Shown here piece by piece: positions 46,491 to 55,390 of a stretch of DNA of 64,000 nucleotides. The stretch is taken from the IMG/VR virus record IMGVR_UViG_3300032272_000006, positions 19,754 through 83,753 of that record; one strand, written 5' to 3'. The translations under genes were made by a program, and so were the position numbers. Below the pieces are notes generated by a model, which had not been told where the DNA came from, did not search any database, and saw only the letters and a program-made list of their open reading frames with translations. The DNA is from a virus. Taxonomy: Duplodnaviria > Caudoviricetes. Within the stretch, counting starts at the first letter, position 1, and each line of letters starts with the position of its first letter.

Positions 46491-47020
46491 TGAAGTGCCC
46501 GACTTGCATCTACGACGAGTGCGAAGATGATTTCTGCTTACGCTACGACAATTACCAGAAACGAAAGGCTTCTAAAATGATGCGAGAAACGAAAACCTGG
46601 GACCAGACATTCATGAACCTGGCCCTCTCGATTGCGCACGACCGCTCGAAGGATAATAGTACCCAGGTCGGTTGTGTCCTCGTCGATGAGCACAAGGACC
46701 CGGTCGCCTTCGGCTATAACGGCTTCGGTCCGGGCGCGGAAGAAACGGATGAGCTGTGGACACGGCCCGAGAAGTACGACCACGTCATCCATGCTGAGGC
46801 GAACGCCGTAGGGCGTGCCGCGCGTCGGGGTTGCTCGACTCAAGGATGCACCGCATACCTCACCGTCTTCTGTTGCCTCCCATGCGCCAAAGCCTTGATC
46901 TCCGCTGGAATTGTTCGCGTCGTTGCGCTACGATTGCTGGGACATTGGGACGAGTCCCACACCAAGGCAGCTAAGGAGTTGAAACGATGCGGGGTTGACT
47001 ACGAGATTTGGAACGAATAG
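46490..47020 (+). CDS. dCMP deaminase
   Basis: RSKDNSTQVGC, GYNG, HAEANA, CCLPCAK; alternative start at 46577. Confidence 0.9.
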   Translation: MKCPTCIYDECEDDFCLRYDNYQKRKASKMMRETKTWDQTFMNLALSIAHDRSKDNSTQVGCVLVDEHKDPVAFGYNGFGPGAEETDELWTRPEKYDHVIHAEANAVGRAARRGCSTQGCTAYLTVFCCLPCAKALISAGIVRVVALRLLGHWDESHTKAAKELKRCGVDYEIWNE

Positions 47021-47109
47021 GAGACGGGGCAGACTCAGGGGTATTAAATGAAATTGCAGCCCCGGCGTATACGCCACAGCCCCGTCTTCTTTAACCAACG
47101 GAGACAGAG

Positions 47110-48042
47110 ATGACTTTACATACCAAATACCGCCCAACGACCTTCGACGAAGTAGTAGGACAAGAGGACGCTGTGTCCGCGATCAAAGGCGCGCTCGAGT
47201 CAGGCAACAGCCGCGCGTTCTTGCTACATGGGCCCGCGGGCACAGGCAAGACGACGCTCGCGCGGATCATTGCCAGTGAGTTCGGGGCCGACGATATGGG
47301 CCTGATCGAAATTGACGGCGCAACCCATACGGGCATCGACAACATGCGGAAGGTTGCCGAGACGTCATACTTCAAGTCGCTCGGTGGCTCGGGCAAGCGT
47401 TGCTATATCGTTGACGAGTGCCATATGCTGTCCAAGCAGACCTGGAATAGCCTTCTCAAGATCGTCGAGGAGCCGCCTGAGCACGTCGTCTGGGTTTTCT
47501 GCACTACCGAAGTTCACAAGGTCCCGAAGACAATTCGGTCTCGGTGCATCGACCCAGAATTGAACGAGGTCTCGGTATCGGTCCTGCGGCAGATGGTCAC
47601 CGAAGTAGCCGAAAAGGAAGGCCTTGATATCTCGGAAGACGTCGCGCGCCAGATCGCTCGTATGTCGATGGGTTCGCCTCGCGTTGCCCTTGTCGGACTC
47701 GCGAAGATTGGTAGTTGTGACGACGCCGAGAAGGCAACCATGCTGATGAAGCAGTCAGACGGCGAGAAGGAGGCTTTCGATCTTGCTAAGCTGATCTTTG
47801 GCAAGTCATTCACGTTTCCGAACGCCGTGGACATCCTCAAGAACCTGAAGGACAATAACCCGGAGAGCGTGCGGATCGTCGTGTTTGCCTATGCTACGTC
47901 GGTTTGGTTGGGTAAACGCAGCGCTACCGACGCTGAGTGGGCCTCTCGTGTCCTTGGCGTGTTCGAATTGCCTTGTACTGACCAGAACAAGATCGGAGAC
48001 ATTGCGCTTCGTGTCATGCGCCTACTGCAATTCAAGAAATAA
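47110..48042 (+). CDS. Clamp loader AAA+ (DNA Pol III gamma/tau-like)
   Basis: KYRPTTFDEVVGQ, GPAGTGKTT, IVDECHML, EEPP, TIRSRC. Confidence 0.9.
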   Translation: MTLHTKYRPTTFDEVVGQEDAVSAIKGALESGNSRAFLLHGPAGTGKTTLARIIASEFGADDMGLIEIDGATHTGIDNMRKVAETSYFKSLGGSGKRCYIVDECHMLSKQTWNSLLKIVEEPPEHVVWVFCTTEVHKVPKTIRSRCIDPELNEVSVSVLRQMVTEVAEKEGLDISEDVARQIARMSMGSPRVALVGLAKIGSCDDAEKATMLMKQSDGEKEAFDLAKLIFGKSFTFPNAVDILKNLKDNNPESVRIVVFAYATSVWLGKRSATDAEWASRVLGVFELPCTDQNKIGDIALRVMRLLQFKK

Positions 48043-48049
48043 AAAGGTG

Positions 48050-48079
48050 TTGACACTTCTTTAATAACTTGCTTATAGT
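48050..48079 (+). promoter_or_regulatory. Sigma70 promoter overlapping TTGA-N7-TTAA
   Basis: TTGACA-18 bp-TATAGT followed by the conserved leader CATCGAAACAACG. Confidence 0.75.
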
Positions 48080-48114
48080 ATGGCATCATCGAAACAACGA
48101 AACGGAGACGAGCC

Positions 48115-48498
48115 ATGCGCGCCAATGTTTACTTCATCGACCTCACCGACGAGATGGTAGCCGCGATTAACGCACCGGGCCCAGACGCAACGAGTGGTTG
48201 GGCGTCGCCTGAGGGCAAGGCCTACATGAGCGCGAAGGCCGGCAAGATCGACGACACCAACAAGCACCTGTTTAAACACACCGCGGTGGTCGATGTTGAC
48301 CACGCCGAGGCGGCTTGGGTCATGCTTCAGAACCTCGACGCTCCTTGGGACGCGAACGAGGACTACTCGAAACTCGTCCAGGTCGTGTCCAAGAACAATC
48401 GCTCAATGGACGTTGGTGACGTGATCGTCTGGGAAGACGGACGCACCGAGATGGTCGCCTCTTGCGGCTTTGAACCCTCAACCTTTGTGGAGGCGTAA
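48115..48498 (+). CDS. Early protein with YodL-like motif
   Basis: RSMDVGDVIV...VASCGF C-terminal motif. Confidence 0.5.
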   Translation: MRANVYFIDLTDEMVAAINAPGPDATSGWASPEGKAYMSAKAGKIDDTNKHLFKHTAVVDVDHAEAAWVMLQNLDAPWDANEDYSKLVQVVSKNNRSMDVGDVIVWEDGRTEMVASCGFEPSTFVEA

Positions 48499-48622
48499 GT
48501 GGGACCCGACAGCACACGGGACGCGATGGTCGAGGACCTGGTGAGGACAGACGAAGTCCTCGCCTCCCTCCACACCGACCACGACCTCGCCGTTCTTGTC
48601 CGTAAGATTCGGGAGGCAGGTC

Positions 48623-48802
48623 ATGCAGGTTAAAGACCTCATTAAAGCCTTAGCCGAGTTCGATCCTAACCTACCAGTCGCCATCGGTGCCTACGGTGAG
48701 GAGCAGAACATCGAAACGGTCACCTTGACCGACGACGAACGCCAAGTGACGCTCGAAGCGACCCAGCACAGGGTTCGCTGCAAGTGGGTGAGGATCGGAT
48801 GA
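48623..48802 (+). CDS. Small hypothetical protein
   Basis: MQVKDLIKALAEFDPNLPV, a common small phage protein start; GGAGG RBS. Confidence 0.6.
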   Translation: MQVKDLIKALAEFDPNLPVAIGAYGEEQNIETVTLTDDERQVTLEATQHRVRCKWVRIG

Positions 48803-48954
48803 TACCGTTGATCTACATCAATGGGACGGTCGAGTATCGAGACGGCCAGTTCTACGCGCGTCCGTTCACAGGACCCCCAGGCAGTGTTATCAACGAGTAC
48901 GGCCCCTTCGACATGCTCGAGGACGCCGAGAAAGCATTGGAGGACGCACCATGA
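48799..48954 (+). CDS. Small hypothetical protein (51 aa)
   Basis: ATGA overlaps at both ends. Confidence 0.5.
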   Translation: MIPLIYINGTVEYRDGQFYARPFTGPPGSVINEYGPFDMLEDAEKALEDAP

Positions 48955-49208
48955 GCCCTGACATTGCCAATGCTTTATTCGAGTTCGTCGGCGGGGCTTT
49001 GATATGGGTCAACGTCATGCGCCTGCACAAGGACAAAATGATCCGCGGTGTTCATTGGGGCCCGACTGGCTTCTTCGCCGCGTGGGGCCTGTGGAATCTG
49101 TTCTACTATCCTCACCTTGAGCAATGGTGGTCGTTCGCTGGCGGATTGTTTATTGTGACGACAAACACGATCTGGGTTGCCCAGATGCTTTACTACAGGA
49201 AGAAGTGA
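48951..49208 (+). CDS. Small multi-pass membrane protein (PQ-loop-like)
   Basis: Three hydrophobic segments; GVHWG...WGLWNLFYYP. Confidence 0.6.
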   Translation: MSPDIANALFEFVGGALIWVNVMRLHKDKMIRGVHWGPTGFFAAWGLWNLFYYPHLEQWWSFAGGLFIVTTNTIWVAQMLYYRKK

Positions 49209-49429
49209 TGCTGACTGAAGAACAAATCCGGCGCATGACGCCCGAAGAAATGCTAGCCGTTGTCATGCGCGCCTCTGCCGAGGTCACGATTGCGGCGAGC
49301 AATTGCCTCCGGTTTGGGTGGGACTTGCAATTCGGTAGCGGGTCATACAACGAACATCTGATTGAGAAGAAGAAGGAACTCGATCAGATCACCAAAGCCT
49401 TCCTTCTTGCAACAAGACGAGGAATCTAA
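49208..49429 (+). CDS. Hypothetical protein
   Basis: TGATG coupling. Confidence 0.55.
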   Translation: MLTEEQIRRMTPEEMLAVVMRASAEVTIAASNCLRFGWDLQFGSGSYNEHLIEKKKELDQITKAFLLATRRGI

Positions 49430-49431
49430 CT

Positions 49432-49650
49432 ATGGGCGACTTACAAGCATCAATCGACCGCGCAGTACTCGTGCTTACGCGCGAGGGCCAGAACGCGGCC
49501 GAGATGCGCCGCAAATTTGAACCAGGCGGGTCACTCTATATGCTGATCGAGAAGAATTCTCCGGCAGCCATTGAGCGCGTTGCTTTGATCGACCGGGAGA
49601 TCGTCGAGCTCCAGCAAGCCGTCGACTACCTCGAACGGGACCGAATCTAA
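49432..49650 (+). CDS. Hypothetical protein
   Basis: GAGG RBS. Confidence 0.55.
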   Translation: MGDLQASIDRAVLVLTREGQNAAEMRRKFEPGGSLYMLIEKNSPAAIERVALIDREIVELQQAVDYLERDRI

Positions 49651-49901
49651 TGCCCCTTCTTCGCATCGTGAAAGAGTATCGCCGCAATTCGAAACTTGCC
49701 GGCATCATCGAAGCCGACACAGTCGAGTTGGAACGCGATGCTGCCGCGCAGTTCATTTCTGCAGTGAACGCGAACCCAAAAGCGGAGTTCACCATCATCG
49801 ACCACAGTTGGGCCTTGATCGGTGGCGCCAATGAGATCCTCGAGAACCCCACGGGTGGCTGGATCGGGAGGATGAAAAATGGCGAAGCAGACCCCAAGTA
49901 G
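49650..49901 (+). CDS. Hypothetical protein
   Basis: TAATG coupling. Confidence 0.55.
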   Translation: MPLLRIVKEYRRNSKLAGIIEADTVELERDAAAQFISAVNANPKAEFTIIDHSWALIGGANEILENPTGGWIGRMKNGEADPK

Positions 49902-50070
49902 GGTCATCCTACTCGACAACGGCGACATCTTGACCGACGAGATGACGCATAAGTGCGGGACGCCTTTTACCGACAAGTTCGTCTTCTGGATGGAGCACAT
50001 GGGTCGTCTGACGACGGACGAGGCTATCTCCTACCATCGCCAGGCGCTGCGTTTAAACGTTTCGGCTTGA
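49879..50070 (+). CDS. Hypothetical protein
   Basis: GGAGG RBS. Confidence 0.55.
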   Translation: MAKQTPSRVILLDNGDILTDEMTHKCGTPFTDKFVFWMEHMGRLTTDEAISYHRQALRLNVSA

Positions 50071-50096
50071 CACTTTCTTAATAACTCGCTTATATG
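50067..50096 (+). promoter_or_regulatory. Sigma70 promoter overlapping TTGA-N7-TTAA
   Basis: TTGACA-18 bp-TATATG followed by the conserved leader. Confidence 0.7.
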
Positions 50097-50132
50097 ATGG
50101 CATCATCGAAACAACGAACAACGGAGACGATC

Positions 50133-50726
50133 ATGCCAACAACATTCAAAACTCGCGAGCAGTGGTTAAACGCTTTCATCGCCAAGGCTGGCAAGCAGTT
50201 CAAACAGGCCGGCGCGCCGCTCCCTGAGAAGGTTCGCGCGGCAATCGGCTTCACCTCCGTAGGCGCCCGCGGCAGTCGCATCGGCGAATGCTGGACCAAC
50301 GACGCTTCGGACGATGGCACCTTCGAGATCTTCATTGTTCCCGGAATCGACGACCCCTCGCGCGTCGCCGGAATCCTGACCCACGAACTCGTCCACGCAG
50401 CGGTCGGCCTTGCGGCCGGGCACAAGGCGCCTTTCCGTAAAGTCGCGACCGACCTGGGCCTTGAGGGCAAGATGACCGCGACGACCGAGGGCGAGAAATG
50501 GCACGAGTGGGCCGACCCGATCCTTGAGAAGCTGGGCCCGCTGCCTCACGCCAAATTGACCGGCTCGAGTTCGTCGGAAAAGAAGCAGACGACTCGCCTG
50601 CTGAAGTGCGAGTGCGACGAGTGTGGATTTGTTTTCCGCGCCTCGTCGAAATGGGCCCTGGAGACTGCTGAAGAGCTCCGCTGCCCCGACCCGTCTTGTG
50701 ACGGCCATGTCCAACCGCAAGCCTGA
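50133..50726 (+). CDS. SprT-like zinc metalloprotease with C-terminal Zn ribbon
   Basis: HELVH (HExxH), GHKAPF, CECDECG...CPDPSC. Confidence 0.75.
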   Translation: MPTTFKTREQWLNAFIAKAGKQFKQAGAPLPEKVRAAIGFTSVGARGSRIGECWTNDASDDGTFEIFIVPGIDDPSRVAGILTHELVHAAVGLAAGHKAPFRKVATDLGLEGKMTATTEGEKWHEWADPILEKLGPLPHAKLTGSSSSEKKQTTRLLKCECDECGFVFRASSKWALETAEELRCPDPSCDGHVQPQA

Positions 50727-50853
50727 GGACGAATGGGTGAGGCGCGAGCGGGAGCGCCTCACCGACCTGCAACGACGCATTGAAGATGCAAAGGAGAGAC
50801 TAAAATGGAAACCCCTACGCCGGCGAACGAAGCGCCGCAACCTGAAGAAATGA
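50707..50853 (+). CDS. Small basic coiled-coil hypothetical protein
   Basis: Short ORF overlapping its neighbours. Confidence 0.35.
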   Translation: MSNRKPEDEWVRRERERLTDLQRRIEDAKERLKWKPLRRRTKRRNLKK

Positions 50854-51242
50854 CCGATGCTGAATTCCAGCACGTTCATAACCGGCTCGCGCCGATGGTC
50901 TGGGCCCTCGCCTTCGACCTGTGCCGTGAGAACCCGGGACCGGCCCGTTTAAACGCGGTCCTGAACTCACTGCTGACTCTCACCTGCGGGTGGGTCGTCG
51001 CCGTGACGCCTGAGAATGTGGGCATTGAATCCGAGCACTACGACATACTGGTCGGCAAGTTCAAAGAGAACCTCGCCGCGATGCTCAGTGAGCAGGAGAC
51101 AATCCGCGCCGACGTTTCCCAGATGGGAAATTACCAGGGCCGGCAATTGCTCCTGCGCCACCAGAACGAGGCATTGGCGAACGCTGTCCAGCAGCTTGTC
51201 GTCATGCTGTCAACGCCTGGGCCTCAGGACGGTGTCCAGTAA
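50805..51242 (+). CDS. Hypothetical protein
   Basis: AAGGAG RBS. Confidence 0.6.
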   Translation: METPTPANEAPQPEEMTDAEFQHVHNRLAPMVWALAFDLCRENPGPARLNAVLNSLLTLTCGWVVAVTPENVGIESEHYDILVGKFKENLAAMLSEQETIRADVSQMGNYQGRQLLLRHQNEALANAVQQLVVMLSTPGPQDGVQ

Positions 51243-51399
51243 GCGCAAACCTCCGAAGAAGCGGGTGCTCGTGGCTCATGCTCTCGAGCACCCGTTGTTT
51301 CGGCCCAAAACTATTCCCAACAAAAAGAAGGAGGCGAATAAAAAATTACCTAGGAGAGATGTCCGGCACGCGCCGGATGATGATACAAACAACGAGTAA
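51232..51399 (+). CDS. Small basic protein with weak ArfA-like motif
   Basis: GTG start; HALEHPLFRPKTIPNKKK. Confidence 0.35.
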   Translation: MSSKRKPPKKRVLVAHALEHPLFRPKTIPNKKKEANKKLPRRDVRHAPDDDTNNE

Positions 51400-51426
51400 C
51401 CTATTAACGCAATCAAGGAGACGACC

Positions 51427-52056
51427 ATGAGCGATCAAGCCCCTACTGTACCCGAGCACGACCTCCCAGGTGAGGGAGTGTTCAAGTCAACATACACTGG
51501 CAGCTCCACCGCTGTCGTCACCGGCGAGGCAGGCATCGAGTTCCTTCGTGACCGCGGCTTCTTCAGTGAAGAGGATTCTCACGGCCTCACTTTGTGGATT
51601 GGATGTGCGAGAGGTGTCTTTCGTCTGTTCCCGCGACCCCTGGAGCATTCCTCAATCAACCTTTTCCGGCGGAAATTTGTGAAGACGGGAAAGACAAGCT
51701 ACCGGCTGAACGCAGGCCGTCCCGAGATGCACGGAGACACTCCCGAGCACGGCGAGAAAGCTTGGTGGCTGTCGAACCCAGTTGCCAGAGTTCTTGTCAA
51801 CGAGATTGAGGGTCGTCCTCAAGTGCTGCTCGGCGCCCCGGATGACCAGTGGATGTGTACCGCTGGCGAGGTCGAGAAAGCGGTCGGTAAACTCGACGCG
51901 AATAGCATCGAGTTTGGCGACGAGGTTTCGCTGTGCTTTGTGTCGCCTGGGTACAATAAGATTTTCCAGACAACCGAGGAGCGTGCTCGTATTGCCCTAA
52001 AAATAGTCAAGGGCGAACTCGACGACCGCACACTTCGCGCGCTCAGCGCCTACTAA
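51427..52056 (+). CDS. Hypothetical protein
   Basis: AAGGAGACGACCATG leader. Confidence 0.65.
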   Translation: MSDQAPTVPEHDLPGEGVFKSTYTGSSTAVVTGEAGIEFLRDRGFFSEEDSHGLTLWIGCARGVFRLFPRPLEHSSINLFRRKFVKTGKTSYRLNAGRPEMHGDTPEHGEKAWWLSNPVARVLVNEIEGRPQVLLGAPDDQWMCTAGEVEKAVGKLDANSIEFGDEVSLCFVSPGYNKIFQTTEERARIALKIVKGELDDRTLRALSAY

Positions 52057-52131
52057 CATGACAAAGTCGACACGTTGCCGGCGGGATCGTCGCGCAACGT
52101 GTCACTTCTGACATATTAAAGGACCAGCGAT

Positions 52132-52245
52132 ATGAAAGCATTTCTACTCAACGCACTAGTCCTCGGGCAATCCCTCTTCATGCTCGCCGTCTACACGTCG
52201 CCCTTCTGGGGTGGGTTCCTGTTCGCGCAATGGGTGTTCTCGTAA
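52132..52245 (+). CDS. 37-aa hydrophobic membrane peptide
   Basis: MKAFLLNALVLGQSLFMLAVYTSPFWGGFLFAQWVFS; AAAGGA RBS. Confidence 0.5.
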   Translation: MKAFLLNALVLGQSLFMLAVYTSPFWGGFLFAQWVFS

Positions 52246-52253
52246 GAAAGGTG

Positions 52254-52283
52254 TTGACACTTTTTTAATAACTCGCTTATAAT
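52254..52283 (+). promoter_or_regulatory. Sigma70 promoter overlapping TTGA-N7-TTAA
   Basis: TTGACA-18 bp-TATAAT. Confidence 0.85.
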
Positions 52284-52319
52284 ATGGGAACATCAAATAA
52301 CGAAGTAACGGAGACGACC

Positions 52320-53891
52320 ATGACGCAATTCAAACCTTCTGCCGCCCAGCAGGCCTACTTCGATTGGATCGACGGCTCAACCGGTTCGGTCATTCTTGAG
52401 GCCGTCGCGGGTTCGGGCAAGACGACCACCATCATCAACGGTCTGCCTTTGATGGCGAAGCCGGTCGAGACGGCTTATGGCATGTTGCCCGCTCGCATCC
52501 TCCTCCTCGCCTACAATAAGTCGATGGGCAAGGAACTGCAGCAACGTGCCGCGGGCGTCGAAGGCGTGAAGGCCGGAACGTTTCACTCGGCTGGTTCGTC
52601 TGCGTTGTGGTTCGCCTATGGCAAGTCGGGCAAGTACAAGCTCGAGTTGGTTGAGAAGAAAGTCATCATGATTGCGCAGGCAATCGCCGACGACAAGGCC
52701 CGCCCTGACCTCGAGGAGATCGTCCCGACGGTCGCCAAGGTCGTATCAATGGCGAAGAATCGCGGCATCGGCGCCTTGTCTTCGATCACGGACGATTCCG
52801 TCTGGATCGAGATGATTGAGCATTTTGGGATGGTCGATGAACTGCCCGAGAACACGAGCATGGAAGCCATCGTGAAATTCTCGCAGATCGTCCTTCGCCG
52901 CAGCAACGACGACCTCGACACCATCGACTTCGACGACATGGTGTACTTGCCGCTGCAGCGTCGCCTCAAGCTGTTCCAGAACGATTGGGTGCTCGTTGAC
53001 GAGGCGCAGGACACCAACCCGACTCGTCGCGCCCTCGCGCAGCGGATGCTTAAGCCGGGCGGACGTCTCGTTGCCGTCGGCGACCCGCACCAGGCAATCT
53101 ACGGCTTCACCGGCGCCGACAATGACGCCCTCGACCAGATCGCGCGTGACTTCGACGCGACCCGCCTACCCCTCACGATCACCTACCGGTGCCCGAAGGC
53201 CGTTGTCCGGGTTGCGCAAGAATACGTCTCTCACATTGTTGCCGGCGATACGGCGCCCGAAGGTTCGGTCGAGGAACTCGACTTCGCGGACATCGTTGAC
53301 GCCGCCGCACCTGGCGACGCGATCCTGTGCCGGTACAATAAATACTTGGTCAACCTTTGCTTCAAGTTCATCCGCGGCGGCAAGCCTGCGAAGATCGAAG
53401 GCCGCGCGATTGGTGACGGCCTGGCGAAGCTGGCGAGCCGGTGGAAGGTCAAGAGCCTCGACGCGCTCACGACCCGCCTCGACTCCTACCTCGCCCGTGA
53501 AGTCAAGAAGGCGATTGCGGCAGGTAAGGAAGATCGCGCCGACCGCGTGACCGACCAGGTTGAGACCCTCTTCGTTCTGATCGACCGCGCCCGGGAGCAG
53601 GAAATCTTCGACGTGAAGGGCCTCAAGGAGATGATCCTGACTGTCTTCGACGACAAGGTAGCGGATAGCGGCAACATGATCACGCTGGCTTCCGTCCATA
53701 AGTCGAAGGGTGCTGAGTGGAACAAGGTCTTCCTGCTCGGTCGTCACGAATTGATGCCTTCGCCTTTCGCATCGCAGCCCTGGCAGCTCGCCCAGGAGAT
53801 CAACCTGATCTACGTTGCCGTCACTCGCGCAAAAGAGACCCTGGTCGACGTGTTCGGCGTCAAAGAAGAGGAGGAGCAGAAAGATGGCTAG
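52320..53891 (+). CDS. Second UvrD-like SF1 helicase
   Basis: AVAGSGKTTT, VDEAQD, GDPHQAIYGF, SVHKSKGAEW, IYVAVTRAK; start set at ATG 52320. Confidence 0.9.
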   Translation: MTQFKPSAAQQAYFDWIDGSTGSVILEAVAGSGKTTTIINGLPLMAKPVETAYGMLPARILLLAYNKSMGKELQQRAAGVEGVKAGTFHSAGSSALWFAYGKSGKYKLELVEKKVIMIAQAIADDKARPDLEEIVPTVAKVVSMAKNRGIGALSSITDDSVWIEMIEHFGMVDELPENTSMEAIVKFSQIVLRRSNDDLDTIDFDDMVYLPLQRRLKLFQNDWVLVDEAQDTNPTRRALAQRMLKPGGRLVAVGDPHQAIYGFTGADNDALDQIARDFDATRLPLTITYRCPKAVVRVAQEYVSHIVAGDTAPEGSVEELDFADIVDAAAPGDAILCRYNKYLVNLCFKFIRGGKPAKIEGRAIGDGLAKLASRWKVKSLDALTTRLDSYLAREVKKAIAAGKEDRADRVTDQVETLFVLIDRAREQEIFDVKGLKEMILTVFDDKVADSGNMITLASVHKSKGAEWNKVFLLGRHELMPSPFASQPWQLAQEINLIYVAVTRAKETLVDVFGVKEEEEQKDG

Positions 53892-54195
53892 CATTATTGA
53901 AGCAGTCAAGCATGCTTTGGTGAGTCGCAACTACACCATCCATGGGGTGTCATACTCCTTCGATCATACCGACATAGGAGACGCTTTTGAGCGGCAGGAA
54001 TCTACCATGTCGTTTATCACGCTTGGCGGTGATGTAGCGCCCGTGCCTAACGAATTGAGGGCCTTCGGTACCGACCCGATCTCAGGAAAGAACGTAGTCG
54101 CGGTACTGGTAGGCGCTAGCGGCATGATAGGTTCCTTCGCTGTCCAGTTTCAGCTAAATTTCGCGATAAAACTAGGGGAGCCGTACCGTGGCTGA
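53884..54195 (+). CDS. Hypothetical protein
   Basis: GGAGGAG RBS. Confidence 0.5.
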   Translation: MASIIEAVKHALVSRNYTIHGVSYSFDHTDIGDAFERQESTMSFITLGGDVAPVPNELRAFGTDPISGKNVVAVLVGASGMIGSFAVQFQLNFAIKLGEPYRG

Positions 54196-54508
54196 GATAT
54201 TCGACTTCCTAACGGGTAAACGTTACCAGAGCGACGCGGAGAGCGCGTCGTCTCTTGCGGAGGAGGGTTCAGCCCCCGTGATCATGCCTGAAGAGGTCGA
54301 ACGTCGTCACGCTGAGGCGCTTCTGATTGCCCAGGCCGACAAGGAGAATGCCAGATGGGCCAAGAAAGTTAACGCTCGCCGGTGGTGGGTTTCATTGTTC
54401 CGCATATCTTTACTCCTCCTAGGAGTGGTCGCGGGACTCCTTCAATGGTGGTGGGTTTGCGCTGCCGCTTTTTGTATCATGCTGCTAGCGTACAAAGTAG
54501 CGAAATAA
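54188..54508 (+). CDS. Membrane protein
   Basis: Two C-terminal hydrophobic segments; GTG start. Confidence 0.55.
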   Translation: MAEIFDFLTGKRYQSDAESASSLAEEGSAPVIMPEEVERRHAEALLIAQADKENARWAKKVNARRWWVSLFRISLLLLGVVAGLLQWWWVCAAAFCIMLLAYKVAK

Positions 54509-54520
54509 CGGAGAAAGAAT

Positions 54521-54976
54521 ATGGCTGGTTCACTGAACAAAGTTATGCTGATCGGCAACCTCGGGAAGGATCCTGAGATTCGCGACACCCAGTCGGGCAA
54601 GAAGATGGCAACACTGTCCATCGCGACGTCCGAGACCTGGGGCAAGGGTTCCGACCGTCAGGAGAAGACGGAATGGCACCGCGTCGTGATCTTCAACGAG
54701 GGCCTGGCGAAGGTCGCCGAGTCGTACCTGCAGAAGGGTTCCAAGATTTACGTCGAGGGCACGTTGCAGACACGCAAGTGGACGAACCGCGACGGTCAGG
54801 ACGTCTACACGACCGAGGTCGTCCTCGGCGCCTACGGCTCGACGTTGACCATGCTGTCCGGACGTGACGGCGGTGGGCATCGCGAGACGCCCCCGGACTA
54901 TGAGTCGGACGACCAAGCCTCGGGCGGTGGTGGTTCAGGTTCAAGCGCGGACCTCGACGACGAGATCCCGTTCTAG
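54521..54976 (+). CDS. ssb: Single-stranded DNA-binding protein
   Basis: MAGSLNKVMLIGNLGKDPE...TEWHRVVIF...DDEIPF. Confidence 0.97.
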   Translation: MAGSLNKVMLIGNLGKDPEIRDTQSGKKMATLSIATSETWGKGSDRQEKTEWHRVVIFNEGLAKVAESYLQKGSKIYVEGTLQTRKWTNRDGQDVYTTEVVLGAYGSTLTMLSGRDGGGHRETPPDYESDDQASGGGGSGSSADLDDEIPF

Positions 54977-54985
54977 GAGCCCGTC

Positions 54986-55390
54986 ATGTTGATTGAAGCA
55001 TTCGTCTGCCTCGCGCTCAACGTCTACTTCGAGGCCCGGAATCATACCGAGGCCGAGATGGTGAACGTTGCCCACGTTGTCCTCAACAGGGTTGCCGATG
55101 ATCGGTTCCCGGACAACGTCTGCGCGGTGGTGAAGGAGGGCGGTGAGGTAAGACACCGCTGCCAATTCTCCTGGCACTGCGATGGCAAGTCGGACGTACC
55201 CTACGAGAAAGAAGCGTGGGACCTTGCGCAGCGCATAGCAGCCAAGGCCTTCGCGTCCGACGACACGACCAACGGGGCGTTGTTCTATCAAGCGACCTGG
55301 CTGAAACCTGACACCTGGTGGTCGTCGCTTCAATTGGTGCACACCGACAACGCGCACCGCTTCTACATTCCTCGGGAGCCTGCGTCATGA
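54986..55390 (+). CDS. Cell wall hydrolase (SleB/Hydrolase_2)
   Basis: CLALNVYFEAR, VVLNRV, CQFSWHCDG, GALFY, HRFY. Confidence 0.9.
   Translation: MLIEAFVCLALNVYFEARNHTEAEMVNVAHVVLNRVADDRFPDNVCAVVKEGGEVRHRCQFSWHCDGKSDVPYEKEAWDLAQRIAAKAFASDDTTNGALFYQATWLKPDTWWSSLQLVHTDNAHRFYIPREPAS

Noticed and set aside
52132-52245. Suspected frameshifted pseudogene
   Set aside because: Re-reading shows an intact in-frame 37-aa ORF
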